The translations under genes and the position numbers were made by a program. The notes under the pieces were generated by a model. It had not been told where the DNA came from, made no database searches, and worked only from the letters and a program-made list of their open reading frames with translations. 64,000 bases of DNA from Macrostomum lignano (taxonomy: Eukaryota): contig NIVC01001814.1 in assembly GCA_002269645.1 (NCBI GenBank), positions 62,001-126,000 on the forward strand, written 5' to 3'. Numbering within the stretch: position 1 is the first letter of the stretch; every line of letters starts with the position of its first letter. Shown here piece by piece: positions 35,901 through 48,700 of the stretch.

Positions 35901-38326
35901 TCATCCTTCCCTAAAGACTTCAGGCAATCCTCATCCTTCCCTAAAGACTTCAGGCAATCCTCATCCTTCCCTAAAGACTTCAGGCAATCCCCATCCTTCC
36001 CTAAAGACTTCAGGTAATCTTCATCCTTCCCTAAAGACTTCAGGCAATCCTCATCCTTCCCTAAAGACTTCAGGCAATCCTCATCCTTCCCTAAAGACTT
36101 CAGGCAATCCCCATCCTTCCCTAAAGACTTCAGGTAATCTTCATCCTTCCCTAAAGACTTCAGGCAATCTTCATCCTTCCCTAAAGACTTCAGGTAATCT
36201 GCATCCTTTCCTAAAGACTTCAGGCAATTCTCATCCTTCCCTAAAGACTTCAGGTAATCTTCATCCTTAACTAAAGACTTCATGTAATCTTCATGCTTCC
36301 TTTAAAAATGAACTAATTAATAATGAAACAATGGTAGTGTAAGGAAATCTCACACTGGCTTAGCCAACCCATCCCGTTACTAGCGTACTCGTGGGCTGGC
36401 GGCATCATGGCCTCTCTGCTACACGCTGGCACCGTGTCAATCAGCTCGCAGCTGCAGGGCGGCCGCGATCTGGTGCGAAACTGGGCCCTGGGTGGTGCTG
36501 TCTCCGGCGCGTTCATCTATTCTATTGTGCGCATGACGCCCGCTCGGCAGTCTTACCTGGCCCGCGTACCGCTGACCCTGGCTGCCATCTGCGCCGCTAT
36601 TAAGGTTGGTCTGATTGCTTTTCGCTTCGGCTGGTTTTCTATATATCGTCTAATTGGCTGTTTTGTTTTTAAGTGCGGCTGAACTGGTGAATAGCCAGGC
36701 TGAACTGGTGAATAGCCAGGCTGAACTGGTGAATAGCCAGGCTGAACTGGTGAATAGCCAGGCTGAACTGGTGAATAGCCAGGCTGAACTGGTGAATAGC
36801 CAGGCTGAACTGGTGAATAGCCAGGCTGAACTGGTGAATAGTGAGGCTGAACCGGTGAATAGCCAGGCTGAACCGGTGAATAGCGAGGCTGAACCGGTGA
36901 ATAGTGAGGCTGAACCTGTGAATAGCAAGGCTGAACCGGTGAATAATGAGGCTGAACCGGTGAATAGCCAAGCTGAACCGGTGAATAGCCAGGCTGAACT
37001 GGTGAATAGTGAGGCTGAACCGGTGAATAGTGAGGCTGAACCGGTGAATAATGAGGCTGAACTGGTGAATAGTGAGGCTGAACCGGTGAATAATGAGGCT
37101 GAACTGGTGAATAATGAGGCTGAACCGGTGAATAGCGAGGCTGAACCGGTGAATAGTGAGGCTGAACCGGTGAATAGTGAGGCTAAACCGGTGAATAATG
37201 AGGCTGAACCGGTGAATAGTGAGGCTGAACCGGTGAATAGCGAGGCTGAACTGGTGAATAGCGAGGCTGAAGCGGTGAATAGCGAGGCTGAACTGGTGAA
37301 TAGTGAGGCTGAACCGGTGAATAGTGAGGCTGAACCGGTGAATAATGAGGCTGAACTGGTGAATAGTGAGGCTGAACCGGTGAATAATGAGGCTGAACTG
37401 GTGAATAATGAGGCTGAACCGGTGAATAGCGAGGCTGAACAGGTGAATAGCGAGGCTGAACTGGTGAATAGCGAGGCTGAACTGGTGAATAGTGAGGCTG
37501 AACCGGTGAATAATGAGGCTGAACTGGTGAATAATGAGGCTGAACCGGTGAATAGTGAGGCTGAACCGGTGAATAGTGAGGCTGAACTGGTGAATAGCCA
37601 GGCTGAACTGGTGAATAGCCAGGCTGAACTGGTGAATAGCCAGGCTGAACTGGTGAATAGCCAGGCTGAACTGGTGAATAGCCAGGCTGAACTGGTGAAT
37701 AGTGAGGCTGAACCGGTGAATAGTGAGGCTGAACCTGTGAATAGCAAGGCTTAACCGGTAAATAATGAGGCTGAACCGGTGAATAGCCAGGCTGAACCGG
37801 TGAATAGCCAAGCTGAACCGGTGAATAGCCAGGCTGAACCGGTGAAAAGCGAGGCTGAACCTGTGAATAATGAGGCTGAACCGGTGAATAGCGAGGCTGA
37901 ACTGGTGAATAGCGAGGCTGAAGCGGTGAATAGCGAGGCTGAACCGGTGAATAATGAGGCTGAACCGGTGAATAGTGAGGCTGAACTGGTGAATAGTGAG
38001 GCTAAACCGGTGAATAGTGAGGCTGAACCGGTGAATAATGAGGCTGAACTGGTTAATAGTGAGGCTGAACCGGTGAATAATGAGGCTGAACCTGTGAATA
38101 GCTAGGCTGAACCGGTGAATAGCGAGGCTGAACCGGTGAATAGCAAAAATACTATTCCATCACTGTTAAATTGCAGATCGCCGTTATCTACGACAAGCCA
38201 CTGCAAGGCCACCCGGTAACATCCTACGGAATGGTCCCGTTGGACCGCACCTTGGGTCCGCGCCACTACGACACAATAAATCCCTATCGCAAGCAGGAAG
38301 AGCACTACCTGGAGAAGTACCTGTGA
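32919..38326 (+). CDS. Tim17/Tim22/Tim23-superfamily membrane protein, NDUFA11-like, 210 aa; exons 32919..33180, 36384..36604, 38177..38326
   Basis: ATTG|GTGAGA (phase 1) to ACTAG|CG, and AAG|GTTGGT to TTGCAG|ATC, give 633 nt in frame. GGSLGVTVG and GGRDLVRNWALGGAVSGAF are Tim17-family Gly-zipper helices. The NDUFA11 assignment is an inference. Confidence 0.75.
33263..36297. repeat. 30/33-bp minisatellite filling intron 1 of the NDUFA11-like gene
   Basis: Unit GTAATCTGCATCCTTCCCTAAA(TTA)GACTTCAG; roughly 95-100 units estimated from length. Confidence 0.98.
36677..38142. repeat. 21-bp minisatellite filling intron 2 of the NDUFA11-like gene
   Basis: Unit GCTGAAC(C/T)GGTGAATAG(C/T)(C/G)AG; about 70 units. 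Confidence 0.98.
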
Positions 38327-38796
38327 AGTTTTTTTGGAGCGTAGAGACTGCTTGTTTGATCGCCTATTTGGACCCACGTTTAGAGAAGGCGATATAGTTT
38401 TAACTCTGTTCATATTGTGCATGAACGCTGTAGTACTCATCGTAGTGTAAAATAAATAAAATAAATCGGCTTGGATTGACACCTGCGACTCCCTCTCCTT
38501 TAAAGTACAGACTGGTAACGCTAGTAGGAGTTATATTATTAATTTTTCTTTCAATTTAGCATTAACCACACGCTATAGGCATGAAGTACTTGTTTTATTA
38601 CTAACAGTAGTTATGCCATGCCGGCCCTATGATAGAAATAAATAAACTGCACAGATATCGTTTGAATAGAAATTAGTGTGACCAGTGGCGTGTTTCACCC
38701 TGCTGTCTATCAATCATTTTAAAAAGACTTGCGCAATTTCGAATGACGTTTGACTTTGTTAATTTGCTTACACCAATCTTGGCCAACAAGCGGAAA

Positions 38797-39680
38797 CTGT
38801 GAGCGGCCCGCTAGAGGACCACAGAAACAATGAGAATCTGTGAGCGGCCCGCTAGAGGACCACCGAAACAATGAGAATCTGTGAGCGGCCCGCTAGAGGA
38901 CCACAGAAACAATGAGAATCTGTGAGCGGCCCGCTAGAGGACCACAGAAACAATGAGAATCTGTGAGCGGCCCGCTAGAGGACCACCGAAACAATGAGAA
39001 TCTGTGAGCGGCCCGCTAGAGGACCACAGAAACAATGAGAATCTGTGAGCGGCCCGCTAGAGGACCACAGAAACAAAGAAACTGTGAGCGGCCCGCTAGA
39101 GGACCACAGAAACAATGAGAAACTGTGAGCGGCCCGCTAGAGGACCACAGAAACAATGAGAAACTCTGAGCGGCCCGTTAGAGGACCACAGAAACAATAA
39201 GAAACTGTGAGCGGCCCGCTAGAGGACCACAGAAACAATGAGAAACTGTGAGCGGCCCGCTAGAGGACCACAGAAACAATGAGAATCTGTGAGCGGCCCG
39301 CTAGAGGACCACAGAAACAATGAGAATCTGTGAGCGGCCCGCTAGAGGACCACAGAAACAATGAGAATCTGTGAGCGGCCCGCTAGAGGACCACAGAAAC
39401 AATGAGAAACTCTGAGCGGCCCGTTAGAGGACCACAGAAACAATAAGAAACTGTGAGCGGCCCGCTAGAGGACCACAGAAACAAAGAAACTGTGAGCGGC
39501 CCGCTAGAGGACCACAGAAACAATGAGAAACTGTGAGCGGCCCGCTAGAGGACCACAGAGAAACAATAAGAAACTGTGAGCGGCCCGCTAGAGGACCACA
39601 GAAACAATGAGAAACTCTGAGCGGCCCGTTAGAGGACCACAGAAACTGTGAGCGACCCGTTAAAGAGGACCACAGAAAAA
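38797..39680. repeat. ~41-bp minisatellite with an internal hairpin
   Basis: Unit CTGTGAGCGGCCCGCTAGAGGACCACAGAAACAATGAGAAT. Confidence 0.96.
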
Positions 39681-40913
39681 AGACGGAAATAGCGAAAAGC
39701 ATATTGGAGGATCTATGACTTTTTGACTTGACTTTGTTGCAAGGGATTATGAAGCGTGGAGGCGGAGACCGCCCATTCCTCTAGCTGCCCTGGCGACCAA
39801 CATGCAACATCCAACGAAGTAATGTTCAGGGGGAACCCATCGGTCTCGCCTTCCGCGCGGTCCCCAACAGCAGTGGGGAAGAAATCAGCTGGTTTCGTGT
39901 CCGTGAGGTACATGTAACGCGAGCAAGCAGCGGCATGCTCTCAGTCCTGCATTCGCCGGAGAGAACTGGGTTTGGCCCCATGTCAGTGATCAGACTTGCC
40001 CTGGTGAAAACCGATGAAGTGCTCAGCGTTTTCACTGCCTAAACGACAAAAAGGGCATCGCTACTTAGGTACTTGCCCTGGAGGAAAAGATGGGGAGAAA
40101 AAGCAGCCACGGCCTGAGAGGCCATGCTGACTGCTCTAAGATCCCTGCGGTTGAGCCAAAGGAGGGGCTCGACGCAGAAGGGGGGAGGGCAGGGAAGGGG
40201 TGGTAGCACGGGATCGCTTGCAATTCCGAGTGTCATTGAGATGCTTAAAGTCTGTCCAGTGTCTGCTCGGGGTCTCACCGAGACAGGGATGCGGCCTTAG
40301 CCAGCAGGTCAGCGTGCGAGGAAACCAGCGTGGCTTTTGAGCTCCACCTGACGTGGTTGCCCCGTTACCCTGGGAAGCGACGGCTTAATGATTGAGGCGG
40401 CGAGTTTGTTTTCGACATACTGCGATGCACTATTCTGAGAAGCAGCTCGATGCAGCCAGCTTCCAATAGCAGTCGCACGCACCTGTAAAGCTGGCGTTTC
40501 ACATTTCTTCATTGGAGCATTTCACAATCACTTTGCACTACTGTTAGTACGCTCGTAGAATGTAGAAAATGCATGGTTATACTGCATGCGCCTGTTTCAG
40601 TTGGGTCCCAACTTGCCAGCCAATAGGAATGGTCGGAGCTAGCTGTAAGGTAGCAGGCTGGGCTCTCAGGTATTAATATAAAAGCCGTGGAATGCAACCT
40701 CTTACCTCCGATACGCTAATTGTTCCTCGCCGCATACAAGCTATATAGCACTTGATTGAATATTAATATTTTGATAGCCAACAAAGCTGAACTGCTTGCC
40801 TTTTCTAGTCAAGTATGCAAGGTCTGGCTACTTGATAATAAAGCCCCAATCATAAGAGACACAATAATTAATAATCCACCTAAAACTACGCCAAAAACAA
40901 CTGTAAAGTTGTC

Positions 40914-43900
40914 ATGCGACTGGAGAAGCTCGGCTGCGTCTGCCGGCTTGATTGCCTGGTGCTTCTGCTGGTCTGCTGGAGTTCCTGCGTTTCAACAGCA
41001 CCTTCTAACAGTAGAAAGGATCGAATTGTCTACTGGAATGCGACTAGTTCTGTGTAAGTACAGGCTCTACTTTTATTTTCAGCGTCGCCAGGATCTTGCC
41101 AGCGGGGGGTGTGGGGGCCTTGCCATTGCCACACTTGCGGCCTCGTGGGCTCGTGGCCACTAGCTATGTCCCTGCCGCTGGCGTCCTCATCACTAATCAG
41201 AATAAAGGGGCTTGCATGTATAAAACAGGTGTTTATCGCTTTTTTGCTGTGATACATTTTACTATAGTGGGTTAATTTAATTTGTTTATTGCACAGCGGC
41301 TCTTGGGGTGGTGGTTGCATTCTTCCACCCTTAGGGTTGTTTGTCTGACTCCGATAATCGATATTAGGCGGCGGGGGTGGGGGTATGGCTGGGACGAGAA
41401 ATTCTAGGGGTAGGCCAGTTCGTCAGTTTGTAATGTACATATGTATGTACATTGGCTTATTTTTTTATCGTTCCAAATGTGATAAGCCCGTACAGAAAAG
41501 ACTGTCCGCTTCGATCCACACCCAAGGAAGCGAAGCGACACTGAGTCACTGACATGTGCAACCCCCATTTTTGCAAGTTTAGTTACTCTCGATTCTCGAA
41601 CCTTTTAGAAAGGGGTATTTCACACAATTCCCTAAATTTCAAATTGACTTAAAGTTAAACATCCTGTGGTTAAGAAAAAACTGAAAAAAGCTTCTAGAAT
41701 TGAAATGTGCTAAATGTTTTTCGCTTCTCGAGACTCGAGAGTACTAAAATCTGGTTTAGTCTGGTTTGCAGTTGAAATTATTTCACAGAAATATTTTTGT
41801 TGCAAACATCGTTATGGACTTGAAACGTTAAGTCACACCTGTACTTGTTGGTGCAGCAAAGTAATGTTCTGTGATATGTCATTGTAAAATGGAAACAATG
41901 TTGCGAAACTACGCTCCTAACATCAAAGTAAGAAATATTGAGAAAACTCAAAAAGTTTAGTACTTCTGGGAAGCAAAGAAAATTTCAGCACACAATCACC
42001 CTTTAAATTCCTGTTGAAAATCTTTAAATTAGGTTTTTTCTACGAGCCGTGATCAAGCGGGATTATCCAAAAACTTCCGGATTGAATCGTGGAAACACAA
42101 AAAGCTACTTGTGTACGACGACGCTATGAACTCGCGCTGGCGCTGCCTGCATCCCATAAAGCTAGCCTATTCAAAAAAACGAGAATAGTTTTGCTGAGAT
42201 GCGCTGCTGAGTTTCTTTTTGGGATCAGATTTTGGGATTTGCATCTGGTTCTCTCGTTTTGTAATGCTGGGGGGGGGGGGCATCCGCTGTTTTGGAACGA
42301 ATTCCCATTGGGAAGCAATCTCGGGCAGGGATGCGAGAATTGCAAACAAGCTATATAGGACGAACTTCGGCACTCATGATATGCAAATCCTGAGTCTAAT
42401 AGGGGTTGGGGATAATAGTTTATCAGTCCTGAGAGGCAGACAGAGAGTGAAGACCAATAGCAAACTTGCCAAGCTTAGATTCCACATTCCATTCCTACCA
42501 AAGGACTCGGCGCAAAAATGGACAGGAATGCATGTTGTCCCTACCTACTACTACATAGTATATGAACATGGTCCGGGATAAGGTCCGGGATAATTTTCTC
42601 TAAGTGGAAAATAACAGAAAATAACTTCTGTAGAGGCTGTGGACAGTGTGACTGGCTTGCCATCATAAGATTGACACATGAGTTTAAAATTACAGTGCCC
42701 ATGTTCTGACATTCTGATTCTAGCCATTTAGCATTTCCAATCTCGAAAATCCTGTTTATATTTCGGATCCTGCATTTTCTTCTTCTAAATCTTTAAATTC
42801 AATGTTACAATGTTTCAGTGGCTTCTTTTGTTTGACTTAAAAAAAATGGAGAAACAGTCTCTCTCGGGTTACTTCGCCATGCTGTGTAGATTCTTGAGTA
42901 CCTGTTGCCTGGCATGATGACTCAAAGCAGTGAGGAGATTGTAATCTGGGAGAGTGGCGGGAGACGACCTGTGTGATGGGGAAAGATTACCTGGAGTAAA
43001 GAGGGAAGGAAATCTTTCCCTTTGACGACTGCTGACGGATGGGCCAGGGGAGGGGGTGGACCACCCGCGTGTCTGGACGCCGGGAAACTTGATGGCGCCA
43101 ATCTGGGAGAAATAAATTACCTGCTGAAGAGGCGGCAATTGCCTAGGCTGGTCTCAGGGTGCACTAATGCTTGGCACTAGGCTGTGATGAGCCATTGAGC
43201 AGCGGAACGGCTCAATGATTGCTATCTATCTCCGATTCTCTTTCTCAACTTTCTTCCCTCCGTTGGGACCTGCCAGCCCATCTCTTTCTTGACAAAGCAA
43301 TAAGCTCTTCTACCTGATTTATTAAATATGGCTTGGGAATAATGGTGTGAATTTCATCAGTGCCCGAACAACAAGTTAAATAGCCACTTGACTGAGTTGT
43401 GAAGCTGATGGTCACCTACTATAATCGAAGTAAAGTTTCCGACAGACTGGTCCGTTCCTCATCCTTAGCCATTAGCTTTTTATTTGTAAATATCCACACA
43501 AACAAACAAAAGCTTCATTTGCTATTCGATAGGTCAGCTCAGGATTTGAGAAATTAGGAACTTGGTGCTGCAAAAATTGATATTTCCTATTAATTGAATG
43601 CAGCAGAAAGCTGCACCGCACCATTCGAAAGTAATCAGTGCACTGAAACCCTCTACAGGGGATTGTGTCCGATTGCTTCTACTCGTACAAGCAAACACAC
43701 AACAAACGGAGCTATAACATAAGTGCTTGGCTAGCTAGAAAGAGCGATGATCTATCTAGAAACCTCGCGTGCGGCATCGGTGAATTTGAGAGGCATTTGG
43801 AGGAGGGAGGCACAAAGAGAATGTTGGAAAACCGCGAAGTCGCTTGAGTTTTACATGTATAGAGAAGCAAGGCGGCAGGGAGGAGGAGACAGAGTGGGGG

Positions 43901-45734
43901 GCCCTCGGGGCAGTCTCAGCTATCTTCCGTGTCTTGAAGTCGCTCGCCTCCCACGCCTATGGTCGGCAGGCATAGGCGGCGGCGAGTGGTCAGGCGTGAA
44001 ATCGCTAACAGTGGGTAGAGAAAGAAAAACCTTGCGCCCCGGGAAAAGCGATTTTGCTCAGCCCCATCGCCCCTCCCGTTCTTGTGGGCTGCTCAGCCAG
44101 TCGACGGTCGGTGAATGATGAAGGAGTGCTGTGTGTTCTCAAGCCCACACTATAGTTGGCCCACTGTCGGGCACCTTGTGGCCCCCCGCCGTGCGTCCTG
44201 ACGGTTCCCCCTTCGGTCCAGTAACTCTTCCTCTCTGCAGGCGGCGCTCCGATTCTCCACTCTCTTAGCTCCCAAATAGCCGGTCTGCCTACAGCTGGAG
44301 TTTGCGTGACCGGCAACTCGTTGCGGACCCGCCGGGCCCCGCATGCCGGGCTTGACAAGCAGCCTGCTGTAGCCCAATGTGTTTGCATGATTGGCATTGG
44401 ACTAAAGAGCGGCACGGTTGCGGGTTACGGTGGGTCGAATTCGAACTAAACACTAGCTGTCCGTGTCTATGGCAACACCTGCGAGTATTTCAGGCCTAGA
44501 AACAAGCATTAACGCGCGACCAAGCGTACAGAATCGCTTTGTCTTTTTTCTAGCTTTGCTTTTCACTCGAACTAAAAGAATTCAACGATGCTTCAAAATG
44601 GTCGCTCTTGATCGTTTACTTGCAGCTTCGTGCAGTCGGCTGCCCGCGGCGGCTTCTTCGTACCAAAAAATGATCGCCTTGTCATCGTCTGCCCGACTAG
44701 TGGGACAGAGTTCTACAAGATCTACTGGGTGAGTCAGTGGTCTTTGTCTTCGTTTGAGACAATCTTAGACTCGGTACTCTGTTTACTTGTGCGTCTAGCC
44801 AAAGTATTTTAAAGTATGCGAGATGGCCGTTTTCCGTTGGAATTTTAGTTGAGACAAAATGACTGATTTGGCTACGAGTAAAACCAGCCTCCCAACTCCC
44901 GCTCGCAGACCCACAGCTCCGCAGCTGCCGCCAAGTGTCTCGTGGAGGCTCCTCAGGTTTTCTTCCTGCTGGAGTGCCGACACGCCGGCAGCACAGGGGC
45001 CTATCTAGTGACGGACTTTTCGCCGATTCCGGATGCGCCAACTTTTGACAGGCCCGTGTTTTTGTTCAGTAAGTGAGGACACAAATTGCTATTAGCTTCT
45101 TGAAGTGCCTTTCATTGCCAACAGCTATAGTTTAAAGTTGTTAGTTTCCTGGGCATTGGTTAGTTTCACAGTGTCACACTCAACAAGTCATATCTCAAGT
45201 GCTCCTTCGCCTCGCGCAGGTCCGTCAACAGGCGATCGGTCCGGCCTGGAGCAGTTGAGCGGCGGCGCCTGTCAGCAGAAGCACATGCGACTCATGGTGG
45301 CGATTGGCGATCCCGGTGAGCTGAGATGGGTTCTTTTGTCGCGGAGGGAGCCGCTAAGTTGTCGTGCGAAACACGCTTTAGTCGAGAAAGTTGAATCGCA
45401 AAAAAAAACTATACTATTTCATGTTTTTCATAGACACTTCAGACTCCCTAAAGCTGACTCCTTGAAAGCATTTCGTAGTCTTACTGATTTTCTGCATCCC
45501 CCCTGTGATTCTTCTTAAGAAAGTCAGGCTGGAATAGTTTCCGCTTGAAGTAGTTTTGGGGAAGATTTATCTATATTTATAAATAGCTGCTGTTGCAGCA
45601 TGTGATTCATACCCCCCTTGGGCGCCTGTCTCCACGGGCTCGGCTTCTCGCCTCTAGGTCTTCAAAAAAATGAAAAATAGAAAATTTATCTAAAAATTGT
45701 GACGCATCATCCGCCGATTGAATTTCGCACCCTG

Positions 45735-45768
<34 letters not shown>

Positions 45769-48700
45769 TTTTTTCTCTTGCGCAGAAATCCGTCCCCACC
45801 CCGCATGTTCAGCCGCAGCTGCCCCAGGGGAATCTGCCTGCTAAAGTAAACAGCCCGGATCTCTTCATACCGAGGCTTCAGCAGCCGATATTTTGAGTCG
45901 AGCCTATCGTCAAATCACTGTTCAGGTTGGCACCAGCTGTGCTTGGCCCAGATGAAAATCGCGGCGTTTAGGGAAATAAAATCGCGTCACAGAGGCACCG
46001 CCTCGCCCTCCGCCCTGCTGGCCGGGCTCTAATCAGCCCTGGCGTTGCTCAATTGAAAAAAATTCTTACAATAATAATGGCGACTTCATCTGGATTGGTG
46101 AGCCGCTGCACCTGAGGCTCACCGCTCGTCTTCGCCCCTGCTCAAAGTGGCCTTCAATTTCCATCGCTTTGCCAGCACCGCCACATTTTCCTTGTCCAGC
46201 TTCCCAGTGCGTCATGGAGCTTGATAAATTTATCAGAAATTGAATTTTTTCTGTCAATCTATCGCTTGATCGGTGCAACTACCGAGTTTTGATTCGCTTG
46301 TCCTTACATTCTGAAGCATGCTAGCCAAACAGGTAGCATTCTGTACTGAACAGATGTTTAGGATAACACGCTGAGGATAATCTCCCTCCCCTCCTCTTCC
46401 CTACCGGACTGCAGAATGTCAGATTTATCCCCCCTCCTCCCAGATCCCCATTAGCTCACCCGAACCCCTCGGTTCATGCGTCTGTGTGTGTTTTGTATTT
46501 CTAATTGCGCAGACAAACGAGAGCTTTGCATTCTTACCCTCGAGGGTAGAGGAGCAGCTTATTAATTGCAAACAGGAGGCTGAGAGGGGCGGTGGATGAG
46601 CAGATGGGCATTGAGAAAAGCCGGTCAAACAGACAGCGGACTGCCTGTAGCACCCATGCCTGCTAGGCCGAATATTGAAAGCCCTTTGATCAGCGCTGAA
46701 CAGTAACATTATTCCTCATCAGACTCGTATCCGCCCAGCCGCACCAGGACTTGCCTCCCCTGCCTGTGCCGCTCGGTCCAAATGGCCAGACGATATTGTT
46801 GACGCTTGACAATGCCAGAGCCGCTGGGTGGATTTGATGCATGAGCTTTTTGGCCAATCCAAAAAAACGCGCACACGAATTCCTTCTGGCTTTTTACGTC
46901 TCTTTTTTTCGATTTTCTTTTGCTCCATCAATCGAAAAAATTTTTTCCCACAGCGAGCTTATCTTCCTGCCCATCTTGAGGTTGATAATCCCATTGTGCG
47001 CTGCTGACTCGGGCACTCAGGCCTAGATTGAGGATTGACATTTCTTTGTGAATAATGGATAACGCAAATGGCTGCGTGCTTAGCAGATGGGATAAAAAAG
47101 TTTTTTTTCCTCGACTAAAAACTGCCCCGCTGAGCAGATGAAGCGGTTGGCGTTAAAGTTTTCCTCCACACTGTGTCATATTTACGATATTTTAATATTT
47201 AACTACGCCTGAATAAGCTTGGCATAGCCATTGTCTTCATGTGCCAGTCTCAGTCCTATTGTCCCGATTCCTGAGCCGCGTCGCTTTCTCCCAAAACTGC
47301 CAAACCCAACAAACCCCCTGGCCAGTCAGTGATGACGCAATCGAAGGTCGCCGCTGCTTTCCCTCCCGCATCTCCAGCGAATGTCAATTCGTGGTGATTA
47401 ATTACCGGGGGCCGCTAACTGGCGCCTGGACTTCCGAGAGGCTTCATCATCCAGTCTCCAGTTGGCTTTGTCTGGTTGAATTTTTTTTACTCTTTTATCA
47501 TAGCTGACCACTTCCTTTTTTTGCTGCGCTAGTCTCTGGTCGGCCCAGGATTTGCCAGCTCGAACTCTCGGGGGGAGAAGCGAGAATGAAGATCAATATA
47601 AGATTGTATCTTTCATTTGATAAATGGACACTGAAAAAGCGAAAATATCTTTTTTAATTGTTTTTTTGGGTACTGCTTTCAACTTGTTCCCATCCTCGTA
47701 CTGAATTTAATCACATCTAAACAATGTTTAAATTCATTCTTTTGTGTGCATTCTTTTCAGCATCCTCATCCACAGCCTCATCTTCATCCTCACCCACAGC
47801 CTCATCTTCATCCTCATCAACAGCCTCATCTTCATCCTCATCACCAGCCTCATCTTCATTCTGATCCACAGCCTCATCTTCATTCTGATCCACAGCCTCA
47901 TCTTCATTCTGATTCACAGCCTCATCTTCATTCTGATTCACAGCCTCATCTTCATTCTGATCCACAGCCTCATCTTCATTCTGATCCACAGCCTCATCTT
48001 CATTCTGATCCACAGCCTCATCTTCATTCTGATTCACAGCCTCATCTTCATTCTGATTCACAGCCTCATCTTCATTCTGATCCACAGCCTCATCTTCATT
48101 CTGATCCACAGCCTCATCTTCATTCTGATCCACAGCCTCATCTTCATTCTGATTCACAGCCTCATCTTCATTCTGATCCACAGCCTCATCTTCATTCTGA
48201 TCCACAGCCTCATCTTCATTCTGATCCACAGCCTCATCTTCATTCTGATCCACAGCCTCATCTTCATTCTGATCCACAGCCTCATCTTCATTCTGATTCA
48301 CAGCCTCATCTTCATTCTGATCCACAGCCTCATCTTCATTCTGATCCACAGCCTCATCTTCATTCTGATCCACAGCCTCATCTTCATTCTGATCCACAGC
48401 CTCATCTTCATTCTGATCCACAGCCTCATCTTCATTCTGATCCACAGCCTCATCTTCATTCTGATCCACAGCCTCATCTTCATTCTGATCCACAGCCTCA
48501 TCTTCATTCTGATCCACAGCCTCATCTTCATTCTGATCCACAGCCTCATCTTCATTCCTATTCACAGCCTCATCTTCATTCTCATCCCCAGCCTCATCCT
48601 CATCTGAACGCACCCGCAGACTCCCAGCCGCCACAGCCACCGCCGCAGTCAGTAGACGATTCCCCTTTGCTTTCGGCCCACCAGCCTCTGCCCAGCGCTC

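Noticed and set aside
36650-38105. 365-380 aa ORFs on both strands (AEPVNS / LFTGSAS / HRFSLAI)
   Set aside because: They are translations of a 21-bp intronic array lying between two well-phased exons.
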